This document shows positions 23,122 to 36,500 of a DNA stretch of 64,000 nt, one piece after another; position 1 is the stretch's first letter; every line of letters begins with the position of its first letter. The stretch comes from Amia ocellicauda. Taxonomy: Eukaryota. The stretch is from assembly GCF_036373705.1 (NCBI RefSeq), contig NC_089855.1, forward strand, positions 18,085,962 through 18,149,961. The letters run 5' to 3'. The notes beneath the pieces are model-generated. The model saw only the letters and a program-made list of their open reading frames with translations. It did no database searches and was not told the DNA's origin. The translations under genes and the position numbers were made by a program.

Positions 23122-23122
23122 T
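23073..23122. repeat. (TTA)n microsatellite
   Basis: Read directly. Confidence 0.9.
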
Positions 23123-23214
23123 ACCCTTAAAAGTTTCCTATCATTGACCTTGACCAGCTTGCCCTAAAAGGCTCCCTGCCTTAGCCTCAGTTTGGCCTTG
23201 TGGCTCCCGGCCTC

Positions 23215-23250
23215 GACCTTGGCCTTGGCCTTGGCCTTGGCCTTGGCCTT
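23215..23250. repeat. (GGCCTT)n hexanucleotide minisatellite
   Basis: ggccttggccttggccttggccttggcctt read directly. Confidence 0.9.
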
Positions 23251-24385
23251 TTGAGTCCCGGCCTTGAATCCAAGACTGTATTACTAAGTATTAATTTATG
23301 CGGAAACTATTTGTGATAGAGACTTGTGTTTTTTGTGCTGCATACCTGAGTTTCTGAAGAAAAGGAGGGTGTGGTTTGTTTAAACAGCATCTTTCCTGGG
23401 TTCTGCAATCCAATGTGCAACTGCAGAACATCGGCATGGTATTGTCCAGTAGAAAATACGTTACTGTGGTATATGCGCAGCCCTAAAGATCTTTGTTTTT
23501 TCACCAAATCACAGACTGTGACTCTGAGAATATCTAGCCGATCCAAAGGACCCTCTGAAAGCCCTGGAACTCGGCTGATAAGGCAGGTGTCAGGTTAAGC
23601 ACTGCTTCACGGTAGTAGTATGCATGTATACTATACTTATAAGGCAGTATTTGAGTGGAAAATGTGCATGATTAGGTTAGGGTTAGGTTGATTGGTTTCT
23701 CTAAACAACTGTCTAGTGCTTTTATATGGTCATTTATCACTGGTGTCCCAAATTCTGCCTGACTCACCCCACCTAAATAGGGCTTCCCCAGCTCCACATT
23801 TCCAATTTAACCCCTGGTATGCACACAAACTAAGATAGTATTCACACAAACCAATATAGTATTCAAGCTGCCCCATAGAAAAGACGAGTGGAAAGGGTGT
23901 ATGAAAGAAAAGGAAATGCGTTTTAAATGTTCACTGCTACATCTTGTCTGCACTGCTTGCTGGCTTGTTTTGTATGCGTGTGTGATTGTATGTATTAAAA
24001 AAAATAAGTAAACTTATTTAATTTTGTAATATAAGTTTTACAATTATTGAACATTATCTGTTTGACTACTGTCTCCCACCACACCTCTCACTATAATTGC
24101 CATCAAAAAGTGTCATAATCAATTAAAGGGGTCATACATGACCAAAAATGACTTGCATAGGCAGAAAAAGGCTATGTGGGACTAAAAAATTTCACAGGTG
24201 ACCAAAACATTTAATGATTTATGCAACCATAAAATATAATATGCAATAGGACTGGATTTAAATAAGAATTTTACATTTTATATATTATATTTTGGAAAAA
24301 CATAAATTTTAACACTTTGGCCTTTCTGTTCACTTATGTGAGGTCTTGACTACTTAACTTGACTTTACTTAACTTGCAGTTAATC

Positions 24386-24511
24386 ATGCCGGTGTTTGAG
24401 AACTGCCTTGTGGCTCTGGAGGTGAAGGACCTGCCCATCAAAGAAAAGAACAACTTAAAGAAATCGATAACCGCAAATGGAGGGAGCATTACTTATGTCA
24501 TCAATAAGAAG
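24386..24511 (+). CDS. parp4: parp4 first coding exon ([42 protein letters not shown]). The exon starts at 24380.
   Basis: Acceptor cttaacttgcag|TTAATC, ATG at 24386, donor AAGAAG|gtattc. Confidence 0.85.
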
Positions 24512-27500
24512 GTATTCAGTTTGTCCACTCCAATATATGATATATTGATTGGGATATTATATTACAAGATTGATTGGGAACTGTTTTAAAGTAATATTTT
24601 ATACAATATGCGATTTCAAAAATTATTTAATTGCCTGCATTTTGATTGTCCCTGTGTTGTTAAAGAGCTTTAATTCAGAAGTAAGCATGTCCATCCTAAA
24701 CACTGTTACTGTATTTTATTTGTCTATATCGAACTACATCTTCACTTTACATTATAGCACATTTCTACGTTTCTAATAGGTTCAGTCAGACTTGATCATT
24801 TTGTAGATTAACCTGTAAGGTAGCAGGCATCTATGTAAATGCAATGCTTCTGTTTTCATTATGCAAATTGTTAGCAAAAAACAGTTAGCCTTTTTGGTAT
24901 TCTCTTAGAACATTGTTCTCCTTGAGCCTTTGGCAAAAACCTGTACCACTGACCAGTATACAAAACGGATAAACTGCAACTAATTTGGAAATAGTCCAAA
25001 CACATTGTTAACACTTCTTGTCCTTGTGCTGTTTTGTCCTTGCACAGTGCACCTATGTTGTTGCGAGTAACATGGATACTGTGAGTTCAAATCGCCTGAC
25101 CAGTATCCGGAAGTTCCAGGTGCCTGTGGTGGGGATGGAGTATGTGTCTCAATGCCTGGAGAAAGGGAGACTTCTCAACACTGGGGATTACCCACCTGCT
25201 AAATCACAGAGACACAGCCCGCCTCCAGCCACAACACACTGGGGTACTGTATTTGTGGTGTGGGTCAGCACCCCAGCAGTCCCTTTATAAATCCAAGAGC
25301 TTGTCTTTCTAACCTTATCTTGGGTTGACTGTTTATTGCTCAAAGGGAAACACTGTAGCTGCACATCCTTATGATAAAATCAAACCCTTTTTTCAGCAGC
25401 CAGTATTGTATGAATAAAGTTTATATAACTGGTGCCTGTTTGTGTCTACTGTTCTCCTGCTGAAGTGGCACATTTCTAAACCAAATGTTTTGGGGGGTTG
25501 CTTGGGGCAGGACATGTGGAGGAACGCTCTGGAGAGAAGCCCAGAGGGCCGCCGGAGACTCCGCAGGAGGTGAAACTGGAGGAAAACGCAAAGGGGGGCA
25601 GCTCCCTTGGCCAGTTCAGGTGTGGTAGACTTCAGTCACAGCTCTTTTACATAAACTAGTAAAACAGATAGCTTCTCCTGTAGGGTTATACTTAGTTATT
25701 ATTGCATTTAGTTGTATGTGTAAAATCTTAAGTTTTAAGGTTAAGAGTAGAGCTAAAATGTGTGATTATTATTAAATGATATATCAGAAGCCTTTATCCA
25801 AACTGACATACTAGTTTTAAGAATTTCTACCGTACAGTAACCTACAATAATATGAGTGTAACATCACTATAAAATGTGTATGCATACTGCACCAAATAGA
25901 GTGAAGCTTTAAGAGAAGATTTGTGTATTTCCTGTTTTAGGATTTACAGAGAGAATGAGGCAGGGTTGCCAGCGTATCCTTCGGATTTCAAGGTGGCCAA
26001 ATATTTGGTTTTGAAGAAAGTAAGCTGGTCTTCATTTTCATTTCATTGTGTTGAACCCTATCAAATGCTATTAACAATGCGGTCAATCGTTTTATTGTAT
26101 TTTTCTTTTAATACTCTTAAATATATCCACCTTAACATGTCTGTGTAATTGTTTCCATAACATTACTTATTTTTAACATACTATATCATTGTTTTGATCC
26201 AATAAATAGGAAGTGTAATTTGTTTCTGTTTAGATGGGTTGTTGCCGTGTTTAGTCAAAATATTATCTAAAAACCTCCTCTACAGCCTCAGTGAAATGTT
26301 TGATCACTGCTAGTAAAAATTGTATTTGAAAAGGACACATTTGCAGAAGTTAAGTAATGTAATTTTTCTCCATGAATAATAGTGAAACAATACATCTTTA
26401 AGAGCATCTGGAGTAAGCTAGGCGATGTTTATTTCACATAACTATCTAAACTTTTCAGAACATTAGTTTCTGATTAGTGCTGTGCATTGCATCCAGCTGT
26501 ACCAGTGATGTCTCTGTGTCTCTCAGGCTGATGCTGTGGTTGTGGTGGAGCTGCACAGCTGTAAGGGAAACCCATCACTCCCCTTCCGTGTGACTCAACT
26601 CTGGAGGAGTCCTGCCGGTCAGGTCAGAGTTGCCTATTAAGTTGCCCTGAGTGGCTTTATATTGACTCCTCTTGAGAACTGAGCTCCAGCTAGCAGACAG
26701 TGAAATCGTGGGCTGGTCCAGCAGCCTCCATGCAAGCTTTCCTTCAGACTGACACCATTTTTGTCATTTTGATGTGCAATCTGTTGGGTGAGAAGCATGA
26801 TAAGATATCAATCTACTACACAAAAAGCTTTATGTATTATACCATTAAATGTACATTACTGGAACATCACAGTGCGGTTAATCAGATTAAAACAATGTCA
26901 CAATGGAATTAGCTTCCTGAATATTGCATTCCCTCTTCAGTTTGATGTGCTTCATTGAAGAATGTCAGATTTCAATTAATTTACACAGAAAGTGGAACTC
27001 CCTGCTTCAAGCCCTCAACCTTTCAATCACAGGCACCAAAGACCAAAAAAGAAATGATATTCACCTTGACTTCAGAAGACGCCATGATGGCCTACAGACT
27101 TGTTTTAAAGGAACTTAAGGACCAAGGCTTCAGTCCAATGAAGGAGCTGCCCTCAGATGTGAAACTCCTCGGGTCAGAGAAACTGGGAGAGGTAAGAGGA
27201 AGAGTGATTTAGGGATGAAGAGACTTGATTATAAACCTTTAGGAAATTAATGAGAGACTGTTTATGGCTGTGGAACAATTAATAATGTAAATTGGCTTTG
27301 ATTATTTTGAAAAGTGTGCACATACAAGTCATATAACGTTATCTGTTTAATATACCAATATTAATAATAATATTCTGATATTAAAGTCTTATTTGTTATA
27401 CTGTGAGTGAGTGAGAGAGAATTATTTGCATCTTCAGTCATTTTCATTTTAAAGCACTGGAAACCTTTTTGTCCACAGCTACAGAAGGGGTAGATAGTAA

Positions 27501-30500
27501 CTGGACTATGAAATGAGGTTTATGAACAGCATACACACTGTTTCTGACAATACATTCACTAAATTGCTGGTTGGTTGGAAGAGCAGACGTTGTACACTGA
27601 GAGCTGTGTGTTGAGAGTCAGTGAGGCTGTCGGTGTCCATGTGCGTGTTCAGTGTCCGTGTCACTGCATGTGTTTAGTGTCTGTGTCAGTGCGTTTGTGT
27701 TCAGTGGTGTTCTGTCATCACAGCTGCTCCTGGAGCAGAGCCTCAACAGCAGCACCATCTCCAAGGAAGTGGCTGTGTTTGTGGAGCTGCTCTGGACAGA
27801 GGCCCTCGGTCGACTTAGTAACCTGCTTCTCAACCCCATTTCCAGTGTCAGTTCTAATGATGTAAGCACCCAGTCAATTCAAGGGATTATTTAATTGACA
27901 CATTCTTTAGTAACAGCATGGCATCTTTGTGCATTGGATTGGTTTGCTCCTGTGTTGAGGTACAGGAATAACATTAGCTTGACCCTGTTGTTCATATGTT
28001 TGAAATGCAGTCAAGAAAACTGTTTATAAAAATGTGTGGTTAGCTGCACGAGATCCAACATGTTCATAACAAATGTTGCATAATGTCCAACGTAAACTTT
28101 TCAAAGGGCATACTGACACATTTTAACACATAAGCCTAATAACATTGAAACAGATTACAGAAAGCAACTGTCCATTCAAACATTCCTAGAGAAGAATTAA
28201 ATGCACTGCCCTGTGCTAATAGCATACAAGCTATTGGAATGAGTTAATGGTTCACACCAGTGGTGTTTGATTTCTTGCTGGTGGACATTTACTGCACTGT
28301 CATGTCGTTACCCCCCGGGTGTCTCCGGTGGCTGTGCAGGTGAGCCGGGCTGAAGGGATCTTGCAGCAGCTCCGGAAGGCTTTGAGCAACGGAGCAAACC
28401 AGGGGCAGTTGTTTGCCATCATGGCCGAGTTCTACAGAGTGCTGCCACACAAGAATATGGCAGACACTCTGATCACACCCAAGGTCGTCTCACAAAAAGA
28501 GGATCTCTGCCAGGTAGACTAGAATACTGGTTCATGGATGTGTTTTTCTTCTATTTCAAATAAAGGGAGAGTAGTGAGGCATGAAAATGAATGTTATTTA
28601 TTAAACATACTGGATGGGTAAAGTTGTATTTGCATGTTTTCTCTGTTTTAAACCTGAAACAAAACTCAATACACATCAATTCCAGAATAATGCTGAATAT
28701 GTTATAATATTGGAAGCTTAAAGTCTGCCTTATTTGAATAGGATAATATGGTGCAAGGACAATAACTGCGTGGTTTAAGTATGCTTTAAAGTGTCTTCTA
28801 TCCTCTGTTAGCTAATCAGAGACATTATCAATGTGAGCGAGGCCACACTCTGGAGTTCCACGCCCTCCTCTCTTGCTAAATACCGAGCCTTGAGGTGCAG
28901 CATTGAGCATGTAGATCCTGGCACTGCTGAGTTCTTCACTGTCAAGGAACTGGTAAAATATTGGTACTGCAGGTTTTCCTTATAAACTACATATGCAGAG
29001 GTTAAACAGTACAAAAATAAGAATAACAGTGAAAACTTAAATTTGTATGTGTTCATTAGATTAAAAGCATTCAAAAAAGTGTTCCTTTTAAGTAACAGGA
29101 ATGGTTATGTGTTTTAAGGGTTTTAGAGCTATTGTGGGTGTGCATACAATTTTTGGGGGCCTGGGCTCATGTTTGTACTGAGTCTGGCCGTGATAGTGCC
29201 ATGACACCTGTTGACTTCACTGTTGCCCTTTCCAACTTCAGTTCAGTGGAGATTCACAGAGTGCTGCGTGTGTGCAGAGTTCCCGAGCTCCTGGAATTTA
29301 AGAGGGAGCTGGGAAATGTGCGCCCCCTGCTCCATGCCTCCGCACCAAGCAACTTTGTGGGCATCCTGTCCAGGTGGGTGGACTCTGCTACTCAACTCCC
29401 AGTCACTCCACACCATTTTTTGGAGTATCTGCTAAAATAATGTGACATTCCAGCCAATTGAATATTTCAAGAACGAACTGCCTCATTAAAAGTATTTTCT
29501 TGTCATTAAATGTTGACATCTCTGCTTCGAAAGCTGAATGACAACCAGAAAAGATCCTTATACACACTCTGTCACATTCCTCTATGTGCTGGCTATCTTA
29601 TTTTTACAGGGGGCTGCTGCTGCCCAAAGTGGCTGTTGAGCAGCATGGGGTGAAGAGGACAGATCTTGGAAACCTTGGCAGTGGCATTTACTTCAGTGAC
29701 TCCATGAGGTCAGCAGCGGGCTCCGTAATCATCCCATCACCTGTCTTTCGGCTTCCATGAGAAACTTTCACATTTAAATGAACATAAAACAGGGGAAGGG
29801 GACATAAATCTAGTTTATAGATCTCATAATGTAAACATTTAGATGACATAATTTTTCTCTGAAGTATATTTTGTATCGGGCAGCAACACGCCTTTGCACT
29901 GACACCTCAGGGATGATATAGAGAATTAGAAAATGAAAGAGTAATTCAAATAAGCCAAGCACCACTTGACCAATACCATACTGTCCTAAAGATGATTAAT
30001 AGGAGTGTTGCTCATGGCAAATGCTTTGGCTTGACTCTTATGGGAGGCTTTGGTTATTGTCATAATGCAAATGTGTGTTGAGTACACTGTGTCAGAGAAT
30101 TTGAGCACACAATTCCCGCCGCCCCCCCCCGCCCCCTTGGTTTCCTCTTTTTTTGCAACAGGACCAGTATGTCGTATGCAAAGCCTACTGTCACGGACGG
30201 CACTCGTTTGCTGGTGGTGTGTGACGTGGCTCTGGGGGAATGCAGAGACCTCCGCAGCAGAGACCCCAGCTTGGTGTCGGCGCCCACAGGCTGCCATAGT
30301 GTGCATGGGGTGCGGCAGACCCCACAATTGTCCTCCGACTTCCAGGTCTGTGCACAGCCGTGCTGGGACACGCTGAGGATAATTCATTACCTAAGCGGCA
30401 TGATTACACTTGAGAAGGCTGGAATACTAGAAATATAGCCATTTTAGTATGTGGGTTTGTTGTTTTTTGTAAGACACTTAAGATGATTTAATGCACCCAA

Positions 30501-33500
30501 CCAGTTGTAAACATCATACAGCTATTCTATATTAATATATTCACATCTTTTTTGTGTATTTTGTTACAGGATGATGAATATGTGGTGTACAATACTAACC
30601 AGACTAAAATAAAGTATGTGGTCCAGTTCTCTGAGGACTATGAGGAAGTGAAGGCGTTTGAACCCACTGTGGACATTTCCACTGAGCTGTCCGAAGCTGT
30701 TCTGATAGACGACTCAGGTGAGTGACAGCATCAGCTGGGCTACTCACTGTGACTCCTGCTGTCTGAGGTTTCTGTGTGGACCTGTGTGCAGTGTTAGGCG
30801 TTAGCAACTCTGTGTTGTTTTCGCAGTGTCTGAGGCGGAGGCTGACTGCAGTGAGCTGTGCAAGAACCCGCTGGAGGGCATGATGGCAGGACTGCAGGAC
30901 AGTGCTGGGAAACTCCTCCCTCTGCAAAGAGTTCACGTCAAAGGCAGAGTGATAGACCTCCTGGCAGAGGTAGGGGAACCAAACCCAACCCCCTGCTGGA
31001 CTGCTTTGAATGACATATTTGCCAGTACAGTCTGAAATCTGTGCTCTTCGGTGCACATGCACAGAAATAATAACACCAAGCTTTTTTACATTTCCAGATC
31101 ATAATTTTTCAGACATACACGAATCACAGTACTGTTCCAATAGAGGCCAAGTACGTTTTCCCTCTGGATGAGTCAGCAGCTGTTTGCGGGTTTGAGGCAT
31201 TCATTAACGGGAAGCATTTGGTGGGAGAGGTAAAAATAAACATGCATCTTGGCACAAAGCCCAGCTTGGAAAAAATGTGAAACATTCCCCTTAACAATAT
31301 ATTTTCGCAGTAATTAGTTTATTGCTGTGGCAGACAGCATAGTCTGTAATGAGCTCCAGCCATAGTGTGGTCCAGGGCAAGGCTGCCAAACTGCCATGTG
31401 TGCTTTATGGTCTGTTTACTAGTTGTGTGCCATTTCTCTTTGGGAACCTTTTACAGTTTTGGCGTCTCCCCTCAGGTGAAAGAGAAAGAGCAAGCCCGGC
31501 GAGAGTACAGGCAAGCCATTGAGAAGGGCCATGGAGCATACCTAATGGACCAGGATGCACCTGTAGGTTTTACCCCACTATTTACCTGCCTCTCTACTTA
31601 TACAGCCATATATCTGTCTGTGTGTCAATATGTATCTTTGATTGAGAGAAGGATACATACTGATATAAAAACAAATATATACACACACAGGAATGTTTTT
31701 TGTTTCCTTATACCCTTAATTTTTAAGTTTACATTTGTTTTCACATTTGAAAAGGCAAAGAGTCAGGGCAAATTGACACTAGGCCTAGTGTTCAATGTAT
31801 TCAGTTTACTCAGTGTCCGAAAAAAGTTTTTTTATATGTTTCCCTTTTAATCTGAATCTACAGGATGTGTTTACAATTAGTGTTGGAAACCTCCCACCAA
31901 ACGCCACTGTGTTGATCAAAATCACATATGTGACGGAGCTGAGTGTCAGCGAAGGGGCCATCGTGTTCCGTCTGCCCGGCAGTGTGGCCCCGTGGCAGCA
32001 GAGCAGCGCACTGAACGAGAGAACTCAGGTCTGAGTCTCTGTATTGTCAAAAATGTGTTTCTTCTATGTAGTGTATAAAGTAAATACAGACAGAAAAAGA
32101 TAACCTGATCTGAATATATTGAAGGAAAAAAATGTTTATCTGGTAATGAGTCTGAGTCTATTTTCTGGGAGAATATTGATTTAAAAACTTCAGGTAGAAT
32201 TTGTATGTCATCAAGTTAGACATACTATTATAATGTATATCTGCAAGTATGGTAAGCTTAATTATTCTCAGAGAATATTCATGTCTGTGGCTTCTGCAGC
32301 CTGTGCTGAAGGATGGTCATTATTTATGTGTCACAATGACAATAATTGTAATCCTTGAAGGACCCTTTGCAAAAAACGTTTGTTTTTCTCTGCTCTGTAG
32401 GACACTGTGAACAAGGTTTGTGTGACTGACATGGAGACAGAGAGGTGGGTTGGGCCCAAAGTGTAAACAAAATAATTTTAGCCACTATTATAAAAAAAAA
32501 TATATATATATACAGAATAAAATTAAAAATGTATACAATTTTGCTTTTTCTCATTCAACTGTAAAACATATTTTCAGTATTCTAGTTTTATTTTTATTTT
32601 TTTATGAGGAATTACCACATCTCTTTGTTTATTGTGTTTAGGTAAATGTTTCTTCTCAGTGTTGTTTTATGACATTGGTTACTGCATTTCCTTAAATGTT
32701 TGTGAATATATATCAAATGCTTATGAAGAAGATATGTTGCACTAAAACGATCCAATGCTTTTGGTTTTTATTGTAGCATGAATTAAATGAACTGCTTTCA
32801 ATGCCAATAGCATTCGTTCTTCTGTGGGTATTCTGTGGTCATTAACTTCAGTCATGTTCCTGTTTATAATCCACAGGCGTTTTGACCTGGAGATGTCTGT
32901 CGAAATGCCTTATGAGATGACACACATTCGCTGCCCCACACACAATATTAAAATGAAGGTAATTGCCATCAGTGTCAAATCATGTTTTTGGCTATCTCTT
33001 TAGATGTTAAACCCTCACCAGATGTTTCATGAATATTGCTTAAAGAGGACGCAATGGGACAGTAGCAGTCTTCTTATGAACTAACATAGTTAAAAGTTTA
33101 AAACGAAAAACAACTATTAAAGAGTTAGATACACAGAGCTCCTCAGTATGGTTTCCTCACACAGTCTATGTGCTAATGATATATGTATTGGGATTTCCAG
33201 AGAACACAGTGCAAAGCAGTGATCAGCACTGTGAAGGGCGACTCTCTGGGGCCTGATGGCTTTCTTCTGTCTCTCACCTTATCCGAGATGCACCTGCCCA
33301 GAATGTGGGTGGAGAAACACCCAGATAAAGACAGTCAGGTAATCCAGAGATTCCACCTGTGATCCTTGGTATTGTAATTATGCGGTTTTATTGTCCTTCT
33401 TTCCTTCCAGTGTCAGTGCCTCATCTGTATTTCACTGTATACTGCATTTTCACATCCATTAGTGAGGAATACCTGGAAGTAGCTCCATTTCCATCCATTT

Positions 33501-36500
33501 CACAGTACACAGACTACTAAGAGGAGCTCTTGCTTTTCTCCCTATTGCTGTCTGCAGGCGTGCATGCTAGTGTTTTACCCGGCATTTGAGTCCAACACAG
33601 ACCCGGGTGAGGGGGAGGTTGTCATTCTCTTGGACACCTCCAATTCTATGAGGGGCGAGACCCTTCAGAATGCCCGGAGGATCGCCCTGCTGGCACTGAA
33701 GGCCCTCAACTGCAAGGTCAACATCCTCTTCTTTGGCACAGGTGGGTGCTGGCCAAAATAATTTGGACTTACACCTTTATTGGAAACACACAGTTGTGTC
33801 AAATCTTGTCAGTTCATCATTTTATTACATGCAGCGCCTTTTTATCAAGTCCTCAAATTGCTAGGAAATCACAATTGGAGTAAAGCATTGTGAGAAACAA
33901 GCAGTCAGTTCACTAATGATCAGAAGTATAAATCCAAACATCACAGTAGCATAATAGTTGTACAGTTAGGTCCATATATATTTGGACAGTGACACAATTG
34001 CCATCATTTTGGCTCTGTACGCCACCACAATGGATTTTAAAAGAAACAATCAAGATGTGTTTTCATCTTTAATTTTAGGGCAGTTACATCCAAATTGGGT
34101 GAACGGTGTAGGAATTACACCCATGTATATATGTGATCCCACCAATTTTAGGGGCTCAAAAGTAATTGGACAAACTAACATAATCATGAATTAAATTGTG
34201 AGTTTCAAATCCTTTGCAGTCGATGACTGCCTGAAGTCTGGAACCCATAGACATCACCAGATGCTGGGTTTCTTCCCTGGTGATGCTCTGCCAGGTCTGT
34301 ACTTCAGCTGTCTTTAGTTCCTGCTTGTTCTTGGGGCGTTTTGCCTTAGAAATCAAAACAAACCAATCAGAGAGATGGCAACAGCGTTAGGTGTGGCAAA
34401 ATCAACTATGTGGTACATTCTTAAAAAGAAAGAGAACGCACTGGTGAGCTCAGGAACACCAAAAGGCACAGAAGACCATGGAAAACAACTGTGGTGGATG
34501 ACAGAAGAATTATTTCCCTGGTGAAGAAAAACCCCTTCACAACAGTTGGCCAGATGAAGAACACCCTCCAGGAGGTAGGCATATCTGTGTCAAAGTCAAC
34601 AATCAAGAGAAGACTTCACCAGTGTAAATACAGAGGGTTTACCACAAGATGTAAACCATTGGTAAGCCCCAAAAACAGGAAGACCAGATTAGAGTTTGCT
34701 AAAAAAAACATTTGAAGAACCCTGTACAATTCTGGAACAACATCCTATGGACAGATGAGACAAAGATCAACCTGTACCAGAATGATGGGAAGAGAAGAAT
34801 ATGGAGAAGGGAAGGAACTGCTCATGATCCGAAGCATGTTATGGCATGGGCATGTATGGCTACCAAGGGAACTGGTTCGAAGCATACAGTGAAGGAAAAA
34901 AGTATTTGATCCCCTGCTGATTTTGTACATTTGTCCACTGAGAAAGAAATGATCAGTCTATAATTTTAATGGTAGGTGTATTTTAACAACAATAACAACA
35001 AAAAAATCCAGAAAAACACATTTCAAAAAAGTTATAAATTGATTTGCATGTTAATGAGTGAAATAAGTATTTGACCCCTTCGACTTAGTACTTGGTGGCA
35101 AAACCCTTGTTGGCAATCACAGAGGTCAGACGTTTCTTGTAGTTGGCCACCAGGTTTGCACACATCTCGGGAGGGATTTTGTCCCACTCTTCTTTGCAGA
35201 TCCTCTCCAAGTCATTAAGGTTTCGAGGCTGACGTTTGGCAACTCGAACCTTCAGCTCCCTCCACAGATTTTCTATGGGATTAAGGTCTGGAGACTGGCT
35301 AGGCCACTCCAGGACCTTAATGTGCTTCTTCTTGAGCCACTCCTTTGTTGCCTTGGCTGTGTGTTTTGGGTCATTGTCATGCTGGAATACCCATCCACGA
35401 CCCATTTTCAATGCCCTGGCTGAGGGAAGGAGGTTCTCACCCAAGATTTGACGGTACATGGCAAAACATCCATCGTCCCTTTGATGCGGTGCAGTTGTCC
35501 TGTCCCATTAGCAGAAAAACACCCCCAAAGCATAATGTTTCCACCTCCATGTTTGACGGTGGGGATGGTGTTCTTGGGGTCATTCCTCCTCCTCCAAACA
35601 CGGTGAGTTGAGTTGATGCCAAAGAGCTCGATTTTGGTCTCATCTGACCACAACACTTTCACCCAGTTCTTCTCTGAATCATTCAGATGTTCATTGACAA
35701 ACTTCAGACGGGCCTGTACATGTGCTTTCTTGAGCAGGGGGACCTTGCGGGCGCTGCAGGTTTCAGTCCTTCATGGCGTAGTGTGTTACCAATTGTTTTC
35801 TTGGTGACTGTGGTCCCAGCTGCCTTGAGATCATTAACAAGATCCTCCCGTGTAGTTCTGGGCTGATTCCTCACCGTTCTCATGATCATTGAAACTCCAC
35901 GAGGTGAGATCTTGCATGGAGCCCCAGACCGAGGGAGACTGACAGTTATTTTGTGTTTCTTCCATTTGCGAATAATCGCACCAACTGTTGTCACCTTCTC
36001 ACCAAGCTGCTTGGCGATGGTCTTGTAGCCCATTCCAGCCTTGTGTAGGTCTACAATCTTGTCCCTGACATCCTTGGACAGCTCTTTGGTCTTGGCCATG
36101 GTGGAGAGTTAGGAATCTGATTGATTGATTGCTTCTGTGGACAGGTGTCTTTTATACAGGTAACGAGCTGAGATTAGGAGCACTCCCTTTAAGAGAGTGC
36201 TCCTAATCTCAGCTCGTTACCTGTATAAAAGACACCTGGGAGCCAGAAATCTTGCTGATTGATAGGGAATCAAATACTTATTTCCCTCATTAACATGCAA
36301 ATCAATTTATAACTTTTTTGAAATGCATTTTTCAGGATTTTTTTGTTGTTATTCAGTCTCTCACTGTTAAAAATTAAAATTATAGACTGATCATTTCTTT
36401 GTCAGTGGGCAAACGTACAAAATCAGCAGGGGATCAAATACTTTTTTCCCTCACTGTACTGCGAAAGCAACCCAAGTCTTTTTTTAAGGTGAAGAAGTGG

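Noticed and set aside
25139-25141. Alternative donor GGA|gtatgt inside the parp4 BRCT exon, which would also satisfy the phase into exon 25941
   Set aside because: It would delete the conserved second half of the BRCT domain ([13 protein letters not shown] ~ human DFIWKSIREKRLL). The route via exon 25511-25619 preserves both the phase and the homology.
30604-31062. 152-aa minus-strand ORF, and other long antisense or alternative-frame ORFs (e.g. 29986-30387 minus, 40200-40613 plus, 53235-53663 minus, 55480-55977 minus, 53970-54473 minus)
   Set aside because: They overlap confidently assigned parp4 or mphosph8 exons in another frame or strand. Their translations are low-complexity, and they span exon-intron boundaries of the real genes.
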